From Octopus bimaculoides (taxonomy: Eukaryota), in NCBI RefSeq assembly GCF_001194135.2, contig NC_068997.1:41763891-41812762 (forward strand): a stretch of DNA of 48,872 bases, written 5' to 3'. The position numbers and the translations under genes are program-made. This document shows positions 33,536 through 44,829 of this stretch, in pieces; position 1 is the first letter of the stretch; the number at the start of each line of letters is the position of its first letter. The notes below the pieces were generated by a model. That model searched no databases and was not told the DNA's origin. It saw nothing but the letters and a program-made list of their open reading frames with translations.

Positions 33536-34244
33536 TGAAAGTCATGGGTGCTGTGTTGTTTTTCGATTTTATAAGCATGTCTGCAAATGTTTGTCATATG
33601 GAATTCAAAAAGGTGCCCAAGGTTGTTGTTGGAAAGATGGTGGATAATCTTGTTTATAATAAACTTTATTTTACATTTATTGCCCAGAAGAGATTATGTT
33701 CGATCTTTAGCATACTGCTGTATGTCTTCTCAAACCATGATCACAGGAAAAGTTGCTAAGAATTATCAACAAAAACAAACCTGATAAGTATGCACAGGTA
33801 TAAGTATGCAAATTAAGTTTAATTACCAATATACATCAGCTTGGATGACACTTTACTCAGCCGTGTAAACTATGTAAAATATGGCCTAGACTGTGATTAC
33901 CAGCATGTACATCAGACTTGAAAAAGTAGTTAACCATTTAATAGTTTTAGTAAATTTATACAGAAAAAGTAAACATTATACCATCAAGCATAAAAAAAAG
34001 TCAATTTCATTATGTTTAATCCTCTATTTTTTCTGTAAAAACCTATTCTGACATTAAATGAGTCAACTTGCAATATGAATGTTTACGTTTTGTATGTCTT
34101 TCTTCAACAAAAAAAATTTCTAAAAATATTCTGGAAATGATCCACTCATGTAATTTATGCACCTCTAAAGCTTATTTTTATTTTTGCAGAAAAAAAGTGT
34201 AAATTACATGGGTTTTTACAGTAATAAACTATATCCTTCTAATG

Positions 34245-34760
34245 TGTTAAGAAGTTTGCTTCCCAACCATATGGTTCCAAGATCAGTCCCACTGCGGAGT
34301 ACCAAGGGCAAGTTTCTTCTAGTATTCACTTTGGTTGCCCGTCAGTGGCTCTGACAGACGGAAACTGGAGAAGCTCATCATATAGATCTGTAGTATACTA
34401 TATCTTTGTGTAACATATGACTGGCCTGAAAAACACTAACATATCTCTTTTACTTTCACCACTTTTATTTTTGTTTTCTCTACTACCTAAGATTTGTGAA
34501 TGGATTCGGTTGATGGAAACTGAAAGAAGCCCATCACACACACATACATGTGTGCATGGGGACAGGGGTCTGTACATATCCCCCCAACCACTACTTGACA
34601 ACTGGTGACAGTGTGCTTGTGTCCCTGTAACTTAGCAGTTCAACAAAAGAGACTGATAGTATGAACATAAAAATAAATACCACAGTCAATTCATTTGACT
34701 AAGAATTTTTCAAGTTGGTGCCCCAGCATGACCACAGTATGACTGAAACAAGTAAAAAAA
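34245..34760 (+). mobile_element. SINE family B, old diverged full-length copy
   Basis: Head GTGTTAAGAAGTTTGCTTCCCAACC through tail GACTGAAACAAGTAAAA. Confidence 0.8.
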
Positions 34761-35475
34761 AAGGAGCTCTTAAAGCACATCACATAAAGCTATGAATATT
34801 AATAATATCATCTAAATATTGGGTTAGATCAACTGCTTTTGGATAAAAAAGGTTGCCCACAGGATTGAAACCTACATCTGTAAACATGGTTGGTTTGCTA
34901 CCATTGCACCAAAGCAATCCTTTGAATTTTTCTATTTATAGCTTTATGTGATGTGCTTCAAGATCCTGTGTTCTAAAAAGAAAATAGTTTACATTCTCTT
35001 AAAAGTTTATAAAATTCTTATGACATCAACTGATACATCTGACTCATATTACATGTCTTACCAACATACAAGAGATCTGACTAACATACTATAAGTTTGA
35101 CATATTTATAGGTCTAAATCATATTATATGTCACATATATGATTGTAGTCTCTTGTAGTCCAAAAAAGATGGTCCTGCAATGTGTTGCTCAAAAAATCTG
35201 CTCAGATGATTTGTTTATAGTGATCAAATGTGTGTGTTGTACATCAACTCACTCCCTCCATCAAATTAATGTTTCCTGAACAGGTGTACAGTGTACCACA
35301 AGTCAGGTGTCGAAGTGATCACAGAGCAATGTGAGATGAAGTGTTTTGCTCAAGGACACAATGCACCACACAGTCCAGGAACTGATACCACAATCTTACA
35401 ATCATGAGTGTAATACCCTAACCACTAGGCCATTTGCCCACAACCACATAAATATGCTACTTGCCTTTCTAGTAT

Positions 35476-36313
35476 ACTGTGGAAGAGGTAGACCCAGGAA
35501 GACCTGGGATGAGGTGGTGAAGCACGACCTCCAAACTTTAGGCCTCACTGAGGCAATGACTAGTGACCGGGACGTTTAGAAATATGCAGTGCGTGAGAAG
35601 ACCTGGCAAGCTAAGTGAGACCATAATCCGTGGCCTCTGCCAGAAGTGTAGCCAGCTCACTTATTTGTATCTTTACTTCATTGGACACTAAACTCTGCTT
35701 GCAGAGACCTGTTGAGGCAAGTGAAATCGGAATTGAACCAAATTCGACGACTGGCACCTATGCCAACCTCTCCTTCATTGGACACTAAACTCTGCTTGCG
35801 AAGACTTGTTGGGGCAAATGAAATCGAAATCGAAATCATAATTGAGCCTTATTCAATGACTGGCATGTGCCAGTGGAGCACTAACAGCACTGTCCGAGCG
35901 TGATCATTGCCAGAGCAGCTGTCTGGCTTCCATGCCAGTAGCACGTAAATAGCACCATTTGAGCATGATCGTTACCAGCGTCACCTTACTGGCACTTGTG
36001 CCGGTGGCACGTTAGAAAATATTCAAGCAAGGTTATTGCCAGTGCCGCTGGACTGGCTCCTGTGCAGGTGGCATGTAAAAAACACCATTTTGAGTGTGGC
36101 CATTGCCAGTACCGCCTGACTGGCCCTCGTGGCGGTGGCACGTAAAAGCACCCACTACACTCTCAGAGTGGTTGGCGTTAGGAAGGGCATCTAGCTGTAG
36201 AAACTCTGCCAGATCAGATTGGAGCCTGGTGTAGCCATCTGGTTCACCAGTCCTCAGTCAAGTTGTCCAATCCATGCTAGCATGGAAAGCGGACGTTAAA
36301 CGATGATGATGAT
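35476..36313 (+). mobile_element. RTE-clade LINE 3' end (ORF C-terminus, repeat-containing 3' UTR, (GAT)n tail)
   Basis: CGRGRPRKTWDEVVKHDLQTLGLTEAMTSDRDV*KYAVREKTWQAK*; internal duplication of TTCATTGGACACTAAACTCTGCTTGC; ends CATGGAAAGCGGACGTTAAACGATGATGATGAT. Confidence 0.92.
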
Positions 36314-36419
36314 ATGTCTTAGAAACATATGATAGGTCTTATCTACACAACATGTTATAAATTAATCACACATCATATAAGAATGCCTAACTAACATAAT
36401 AATAATAATAATATACAGA

Positions 36420-36650
36420 TCTTTTATCTTTTACTTGTTTCAGTCATTCGACTGTGGCCATGCTTGAGCACCAGCTTGAAGAATTCTAGTCAAATGAATC
36501 AACCCCAATACTTATATATTCTTTTTTTAAAGCCTGGTGCTTATTTCATCAGTCTCTTTTGCCAAACTGCTGACTTACGGGGACATAAACAAACCAACAC
36601 CAGTTATCAAGTGGTGAAAGTAGATGAACATAGATGCAATGGCACTCACA
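36420..36650 (-). mobile_element. SINE family B, 3' half
   Basis: TTTTACTTGTTTCAGTCATTCGACTGTGGCCATGC core. Confidence 0.8.
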
Positions 36651-36662
36651 TGTGTGTGTGCG

Positions 36663-36719
<57 letters not shown>

Positions 36720-36754
36720 ATAAATCTATATATATATATATATANNNNNNNNNN

Positions 36755-36789
<35 letters not shown>

Positions 36790-36792
<3 letters not shown>

Positions 36793-37044
36793 AGGCGCAT
36801 GGCTTAGTGGTTAGGGTGTCAGCACCATGATCATAAGATTGTGGTTTCGAATCCTGGACCAGACGACGCATTGTGTTCTTGAGCAAAATTTCATTTCACA
36901 TTGCTTCAGTCCACTTAGCTGGTAAAAATGAGTAACACTGTGATGGACTGGCATCCTGTTCAGTTGGGGAACACATACGCCATTGAAACCGGGACACCGG
37001 GCCCATGAGCCTGGCTAGGCTTTAAAAGGGTGCATTTATTTATT

Positions 37045-37050
<6 letters not shown>
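36790..37050 (+). mobile_element. tRNA-derived SINE family E with (TTTA)n tail
   Basis: A-box TGGCTTAGTGGTTAGGG, B-box GGTTTCGAATCC; distinct body (GATGGACTGGCATCCTGTTCAG). Confidence 0.8.
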
Positions 37051-37093
<43 letters not shown>

Positions 37094-37109
37094 TATTTAT
37101 TTATTTACT

Positions 37110-37430
37110 AGCTGTCCATTGGTTACAACAAAGAGAGTTTCAGCTGGTCTGATCAACAGAACAGCTTGCTCATAAAATTAACATTAAAGTGGCTGAGCAC
37201 TCCACAGACACATGTACCCTTAACACAGTTCTCAAGGAGATACAGTGTGACACAAGTGTGATAAAGCTGGCCCTTTGAAATACAGGTACAACTCATTTTT
37301 GCCAGTTGAGTGGATTGGGGCAAAGTGAAATAACTATCTTACTCAAGGACACAACACATCGCCAGGAATTGAACTCACGACCTTATGATCATGAGCTGAA
37401 TACCCTAACCACTCAGCCACACACCTTCAG
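37110..37430 (-). mobile_element. SINE family C variant
   Basis: Aligns with 27528-27845. Confidence 0.8.
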
Positions 37431-37524
37431 TTAGTATCTCACTCCCTGACAGCAAGTATTGATTTGTTTACATCTCTGTGACTTAGTGGATTACTAAATA
37501 GAAGAAGCACCAGACCTATGAGTG

Positions 37525-37610
<86 letters not shown>

Positions 37611-37920
37611 TACACACTCGCACAAACAATGGGGTTTCTTTCAGTTTCTGTCTACCAAATTAACTCTCAGGGCTTTGGTCAGTGTGAGGTTATAATAGCA
37701 GATACTTGTCCTAGGTACCATGCAGTGGGACTGAACCCAGAGCTATTGGACAGGTGGGTATTTTGGCAGCTTTAGACAGGCCTAGAGCTGACAAATTCCA
37801 TTGTCATTTAACAATTCCTCCAAGATTCCTTCAACACCTACTCCTAAACTGCCAAAGATAGTAGCTAAAGTGCATTATTTACATTATTTACATTTGATGG
37901 ATATTTGTCCTCATCTTGTT

Positions 37921-37969
<49 letters not shown>

Positions 37970-37971
<2 letters not shown>

Positions 37972-38225
37972 CCCGGATGCAGTACCAGGCAGTGGCTCAC
38001 ATGGCTTCTGATCTTAACTGATTGGAAGTGTTATCATGTACATTGTTTTGTCTTGGTATAAAAGATGGGCTACAGCAAATATTCTTCTTAATACCACAGA
38101 TTTGCTTGTCAGTTGTTTGACCTTAACCAGTTGAGCATGTCCCTTCACGAGCAGAAGTAGAGGGGGAGCATCATAGCCATGTGTTGAGAGGAATTCTTTG
38201 GGGTTTGAATAATTCACCTTTGGAA
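37970..38225 (+). mobile_element. Family F element 5' part, inserted directly after (AAT)n and running into a gap
   Basis: Matches the reverse complement of 9360-9644, with a deletion of about 30 bp. Confidence 0.85.
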
Positions 38226-39089
38226 NNNNNNNNNNNNNNNNNNNNNNNNNNNNNNNNNNNNNNNNNNNNNNNNNNNNNNNNNNNNNNNNNNNNNNNNNNN
38301 NNNNNNNNNNNNNNNNNNNNNNNNNNNNNNNNNNNNNNNNNNNNNNNNNNNNNNNNNNNNNNNNNNNNNNNNNNNNNNNNNNNNNNNNNNNNNNNNNNNN
38401 NNNNNNNNNNNNNNNNNNNNNNNNNNNNNNNNNNNNNNNNNNNNNNNNNNNNNNNNNNNNNNNNNNNNNNNNNNNNNNNNNNNNNNNNNNNNNNNNNNNN
38501 NNNNNNNNNNNNNNNNNNNNNNNNNNNNNNNNNNNNNNNNNNNNNNNNNNNNNNNNNNNNNNNNNNNNNNNNNNNNNNNNNNNNNNNNNNNNNNNNNNNN
38601 NNNNNNNNNNNNNNNNNNNNNNNNNNNNNNNNNNNNNNNNNNNNNNNNNNNNNNNNNNNNNNNNNNNNNNNNNNNNNNNNNNNNNNNNNNNNNNNNNNNN
38701 NNNNNNNNNNNNNNNNNNNNNNNNNNNNNNNNNNNNNNNNNNNNNNNNNNNNNNNNNNNNNNNNNNNNNNNNNNNNNNNNNNNNNNNNNNNNNNNNNNNN
38801 NNNNNNNNNNNNNNNNNNNNNNNNNNNNNNNNNNNNNNNNNNNNNNNNNNNNNNNNNNNNNNNNNNNNNNNNNNNNNNNNNNNNNNNNNNNNNNNNNNNN
38901 NNNNNNNNNNNNNNNNNNNNNNNNNNNNNNNNNNNNNNNNNNNNNNNNNNNNNNNNNNNNNNNNNNNNNNNNNNNNNNNNNNNNNNNNNNNNNNNNNNNN
39001 NNNNNNNNNNNNNNNNNNNNNNNNNNNNNNNNNNNNNNNNNNNNNNNNNNNNNNNNNNNNNNNNNNNNNNNNNNNNNNNNNNNNNNNNN

Positions 39090-39245
39090 GGCAAAAGAGA
39101 CCGATAGAATAAGTACTAGGCTTACAAAGAATAAGTACTAGGCTTACAAAGAATAAGTCCTGGGGTTGATTTGTTCAACTAAAGGTGGTGCTCCAGCATG
39201 GCCGCAGTCAAATGACTGAAACAAGTAAAAGAGTAAAATAAAAAG
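39090..39245 (+). mobile_element. SINE family B 3' end with a 22-bp tandem duplication (AGAATAAGTACTAGGCTTACAA x2)
   Basis: Direct reading. Confidence 0.88.
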
Positions 39246-40067
39246 AGTAATTTTGTCATTATTAGTCTAGGGTCTGGAACATAAATCAACATGAAATTTT
39301 GAAGGAAAGCTTTAAATTAGATTGTTTTAAAATAGAAAATTTGCTTAATAGAACCAACGGTAGTTGGAGGCTGGTTGATATTAAAAGGGTTAAAATGGAA
39401 AAAAGAAAGAAGACTAAACAAATAACTTATATTGGGGTGTGTTTTTAGTCCATCAAATCCAACCCCAATGCTTTAAGTTTGGTGCTTATTCTATTTAGTG
39501 GTTCATTAAGTTACAAGGGTGTAAACAAACCAACATTGGTTGTCAGGTAGTGAGATACTAACTGAAACACACCTATGTACATAAGTGTGTGTGTGTGTGT
39601 GTGAGAGAGAGAGAAAGAGACTGTGTGAGAGAGAGAAAGAGAGTGTGTGAGAGTGAGAGTGTGTGTGTGGTAAGAAGTTTGCTTCCCAACCACATGGTTC
39701 CAGGTTCAGTCCCACTGCATAGCACCTTAGGCAAGTGTCTTCTACTATAGTCCTGGGCTGACCAAAACCTTGTCAACAACAAATACAAAAAGAAAGGAAG
39801 GAGAAACACTGACAGTAACAGAAAACCATTTCAGTATCAAAACTGAAACAATCACATTTAATAGTGTAATGACAGATAGTTTCACTTTAATGGTTTCATT
39901 TTAATACTACATACATACCTCATTCTAATTGGCGGGAATTGTAAGTTATTTCTAACTCGTCCTTCACCATGATAACAACAAAAAAAAATAGCCACACATC
40001 TTTTTCAAATACAATCGACAAACATATATTCCCTACAAACTGTGAGTTTTTTGGAAAATCTTTTTGT

Positions 40068-40178
40068 AAATCTTGAGATTAACACCAGCACGATTACCTA
40101 CCTAACCCTAGCTCTGACCCTAAAACCCTAACCCCTAACACTGTAGTGAAAATCATGCCGGTGTTAATCTGAAAATTT
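40068..40178. repeat. Small hairpin element: ~28-bp imperfect inverted repeats enclosing degenerate TAACCC repeats
   Basis: AGATTAACACCAGCACGATT pairs with AATCATGCCGGTGTTAATCT (2 mismatches). Confidence 0.8.
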
Positions 40179-40840
40179 AACAATCTTTTTTAAAACACTT
40201 TTACTTACTAGCATTTTTTTTATTTAGTGTGGGGGGGGGGGTTGCCCATATATATATATATATATNNNNNNNNNNNNNNNNNNNNNNNNNNNNNNNNNNN
40301 NNNNNNNNNNNNNNNNNNNNNNNNNNNNNNNNNNNNNNNNNNNNNNNNNNNNNNNNNNNNNNNNNNNNNNNNNNNNNNNNNNNNNNNNNNNNNNNNNNNN
40401 NNNNNNNNNNNNNNNNNNNNNNNNNNNNNNNNNNNNNNNNNNNNNNNNNNNNNNNNNNNNNNNNNNNNNNNNNNNNNNNNNNNNNNNNNNNNNNNNNNNN
40501 NNNNNNNNNNNNNNNNNNNNNNNNNNNNNNNNNNNNNNNNNNNNNNNNNNNNNNNNNNNNNNNNNNNNNNNNNNNNNNNNNNNNNNNNNNNNNNNNNNNN
40601 NNNNNNNNNNNNNNNNNNNNNNNNNNNNNNNNNNNNNNNNNNNNNNNNNNNNNNNNNNNNNNNNNNNNNNNNNNNNNNNNNNNNNNNNNNNNNNNNNNNN
40701 NNNNNNNNNNNNNNNNNNNNNNNNNNNNNNNNNNNNNNNNNNNNNNNNNNNNNNNNNNNNNNNNNNNNNNNNNNNNNNNNNNNNNNNNNNNNNNNNNNNN
40801 NNNNNNNNNNNNNNNNNNNNNNNNNNNNNNNNNNNNNNNN

Positions 40841-40936
40841 TCTATCGGTCTCTTTTGCCGAACTGCTAAGTGACGGGGACATAAACACACCAGCATCGGT
40901 TGTCAAGCAATGCTAGGGGGACAAACAGACACACAA

Positions 40937-40989
<53 letters not shown>

Positions 40990-41140
40990 TACGACAGGCT
41001 TCTTTCAGTTTCAGTCTACCAAATCCCCTCACAAGGCTTTGGTCGGCCCGAGGCTATAGTAGAAGGCACTTGCCCAAGGTGCCACGCAGTGGGGCTGAAC
41101 CATGTGGTTGGTAAGCAAGCTACTTACCACACAGCCACTC
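40841..41140 (-). mobile_element. SINE family B (3' end lost in a gap)
   Basis: Matches 2400-2739. Confidence 0.9.
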
Positions 41141-42062
41141 CTTTTAGTTTTTGCAGAGCACAAATTCGCAAAAATTTTCTGAAAATTCCTCAAAATAAAA
41201 AAAGTTATGTGGGTGCATAACGTTATTGGGTGCTTAAAGCAGAATTTTGCTGAGACTTTTTCATAGATTTTCTTTATATTTCTATAATTTTGCAATTGGT
41301 TTGCAAAATTCTCATCAGGAAGAGGAGGATTCTGTTAAGCCATATTTATTTACAAGATTTAGAAGTCAAGAACATCATATGAATGTAGTTAATACTTTTT
41401 CCTAAGTACATTATTAATGCACAGGAATTAGTGTATTATCATATGGAAAAGGTTTATACAATTTGATGGCATATAATTAGATAGTAATATAATTTAGACT
41501 ATATCCATGTAATCACATTTTCTGTTTTCCCATTTCTGAACCTTGGTTGTTACTCAACTGGTTCTCATGAAAAACTTTTACAAGTTAGCCTGCAATTTCT
41601 AGAGATAATCCCTATATTTCAGTCTTTAGAACTAAACGTAACTTCCATATAAAATACATGAAACTAACAATAAAAATAAAGAATTAAAATGAATGTTAAA
41701 AGTTCGTTACTTTTTCAGCGTCCGTTTTCTTTTCTAACATAAATTACATCTATACTTGTACATTTTATAAATTATAGATTAGAGAAAATTCTATGTTGCC
41801 ACGAATTCGTTCACTTTTCTCGAAGAGTAGAAAACATCTGTCTTTTTTATTCAAGTCAGAATATTTAAATCTGAAGAAATGTTAATTCAACGTTGAATAT
41901 CTGAAATCACCGGCCAAATGGTGTTTACGTAATTAACACCGACTTCCTTAAACAGCTGGCAGCTTAATTAGAGTCGCTAATAACAAACCAAGGGAGGTAA
42001 TTCTTCAGTCAAGGTCTTGCTTAAATGTTCTGTTTATTGGTTAATCGCCATTAATTTCCCGC

Positions 42063-42592
42063 ATGTTTGGGCGCTGTTTGACACGGTTGAGGCCGATACG
42101 GAACGTCCGGATATGCTTCTTGAGCAAAACTGAACCCTGTTACTGCTGCCTTTCACAAGAACAAGATCCTACGGTTGCTAAAACTTGTCCGTTAGCATCG
42201 CTCAATACTATCAAATCGCTACATACTGCTATTGCATATTTTTGTCCGTGTCAACCGCAAAAAGAACTTAGGATGAGACAACTGACTTTCGACAACCAGG
42301 CACTTAAGTGTCTGCCATTTGATCCTTCGGACGATGTTAAAACGCAGAGATCTGTTCCTAATGCATGTTTTTCCAAGGCACAACCGACCCCTGTCGAGAA
42401 CCCGGTGATGGTTGCTTATTCTTCGTCTGCTTTAGCCCTGCTGGGGTTAAGTGTTGAGGACATTGAGACAAATGAGGCCGTAGAATATTTCAGTGGGAAT
42501 AAAATCATGAAAGGCTCAGAACCAGCTGCCCATTGCTATTGCGGTTATCAGTTTGGTCTATTTTCGGGTCAACTTGGAGACGGAGCTGCTAT
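42063..42592 (+). CDS. SELENOO: First coding exon of selenoprotein O (protein adenylyltransferase SelO, mitochondrial); phase-2 intron follows, remaining exons lie beyond the window
   Basis: LTFDNQALKCLPFD..RSVPNACFSKAQPTPVENPVMVAYSSSALALLGL..EYFSGNKIMKGSEPAAHCYCGYQFGLFSGQLGDGAAM is the SelO/YdiU N-terminal signature. Donor AT|GTAAGT at 42593; Arg-rich, acid-free N-terminus. No YLGEV-type next exon was found before 48872. Confidence 0.95.
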
Positions 42593-43543
42593 GTAAGTAT
42601 TAAAGCACTTTATTAAAACTTATATAACTTCTGGACGAATCTATTCGTAGTTTTTATATTCTGTGTTAATTGCGTTTATTCCCGCAAACCCAATTAACAT
42701 TTACCACGCTCTTTCCCTATTGCTTTTGGTTCATCTGTCGAACCTTTTTTTAGAACCCATAGTATTCAATTATAAGTTATAATGAATTCAACAGTTGTAA
42801 AAGTAATTGTAGAAATGTATTAACGATTTTTACCAGTCATTTTAGCAGTGACGGAATGTTTATTGAAAGTTACTTGGTATTGTTACGAGTAAACATGGTA
42901 AGCTGACGGTGGTCCATTGTCGACAAACAATAAACAGTGAAGTTAATGGGTTTAAATACGTTTGCATGACATGGTGAGAAGTAGCATAGAACAAAGCCCT
43001 TCTGATGAGGGAATACAAGTTGTTGTTTATTTCTGTTGACCTTGTCATCAAGGGTTTTATAGCGGCGACCATCCTGTCTTTGTTTATTATAGGCATAGAG
43101 GATTTAATACGTCCTTTCTAAGTTATTACGACTTGTTCTCAAACGGTGCACTGCAGCGCGCTGATGCGCAGCTAGGCGTGTCTAGGTGAGCTGCGGATTT
43201 ATAAAAATGTAATTAAAAGCTTTTAGAAACTCCATTGTAAAATGCTTCCACAATTTAAAAAAAAAAGGCGTATTATACATGATTTTGTGGTAAAGAATTA
43301 TAATCAATTAAAATAAAGTAAACAATAGCTTTCTATAGTTTTCTTTTTATGTTTAGCTTTAAAAACAGCTGTTGTTTTTAAAACTTGCAGTGCGCTTCTA
43401 ATTTCCGTACAAAATGCTCCAGTAATGTTTTTGCTTGGTCTCCAATGCGTCGTCATTTCAAAATAATTGTGAATCACTTTGTTTGATTGAAGAATATTCG
43501 ACTGCTTGTTCTAGCGACCGTCGCTTCCCTCCTTGTTATCACC

Positions 43544-43650
43544 AATCATCATCGGCGTTTTACGTCCGCTTTTCCCTGTCTGCACGGGTTAGACAAAACT
43601 TTCAAGAAGTGTGTTGTGGCCTTATGCCCTTCCTATCGTCAACTCTTCCT
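43544..43650 (-). mobile_element. RTE 3'-tail-related fragment, degenerate
   Basis: CATCATC..GTTTTACGTCCGCTTTTCC..GGGTTAGAC..ATGCCCTTCCTA resembles 31400-31540. Confidence 0.6.
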
Positions 43651-44589
43651 ATAACACGCAGGGACAGTAACCTCATTGATGCTCTGTAATGATATCCTTT
43701 ACTTGTTTCAATCATCAGATTGCGGCCATGCTGTGGCACTGCCTTGTAGATTTTTTTCATCTGAGTCGTGACGATGTTTATAAAACATGTTTTCCAAAAC
43801 ATTATTTAGTGGACTTTTTGGACCTTCTTACAAGAATGGGAGTTATTCACCCACTCTGGAGAATCGCTGGTTTAGTATAAAATGAGTTTAAGGAACTTTT
43901 ATTTCCCATATTTTTAAAATGTAACACAATCTGCTACATACTCTAAAATTAGCATAGTCTTAGGAATTTTCTAATTAGCAATGGTTTGTATCATAAGAAA
44001 TTGCTGTAAGACAATAATATATCAAAAACTTTATTAGATAATTGAATGATGTCACAATTAAACATACTACTTAAGGGAGAGAACTTGCCAGTCTGGTGAT
44101 AGATCAATTATTAAAGGAAAATAGGAATCACAGTTTCTTTACTTTCAGAAAAATAGATAAATAAATATCATGAGATCGTAAATTTAGTCAAAGTTAACAG
44201 CTTTAGTATAACCCTAATCTGATATTAGATTTTGTTGTTTATGCAATTCAGTATTAATAATAAACTCACAAATCAAACCTTTCTCTTTGAATGATGAAGT
44301 TCATTAATTGGGGAGACAGGTTGAGCAGGACTTGGTGGAATAATATCACTATGGTTGATAATTAAAGAATCTCCGGCTTGAGAAACAGTATTGTCATGGA
44401 ATGAAGAATGAGGTCTAAATAAGTGTTATTGCGATGCTCTACTAAATCAGCTATCGGTAGTCTGATTCTGCAAGTTTAACTATTTCATCTGGAGATGTCA
44501 GGCACCATGACAAATCATACAGTGAGTAAGTCTCTATTACTCCATCTCTTTCATGAATAACAATATTCCTGTCATTATATTCCAGAGGT

Positions 44590-44785
44590 AAGGTGGCTAG
44601 CAAGCTGGCAGAATTGTTAGCAAGTCTGACAAACTGCTTTGTGGCATTTCATCTGTCTTTACTTTCTGAGTTCAAATTCTATCCAGGATCAATGAAATAA
44701 GTACTGGTCAAGTACTGGAGATGGTGTAATCGACTAGCCACCACCCAAAAGGTTTCAGGTCTTGTGCCTACAATAGAAAGAATTA
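44590..44785 (+). mobile_element. SINE family A, diverged, internally deleted
   Basis: GCAAGCTGGCAGAATTGTTAGCA..TTCTGAGTTCAAATTC..TAAGTACTGGTCAAGTACTGG. Confidence 0.8.
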
Positions 44786-44829
44786 TCTTCCAGCAGTGCA
44801 TCCTTTAATAAAGGATCACTTTTGAATGT

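Noticed and set aside
33587-33784. Faint resemblance of LHLLPRRDYVRSLAYCC to a kinase HRDLA motif
   Set aside because: The catalytic residues are absent and there is no other kinase motif; chance similarity.
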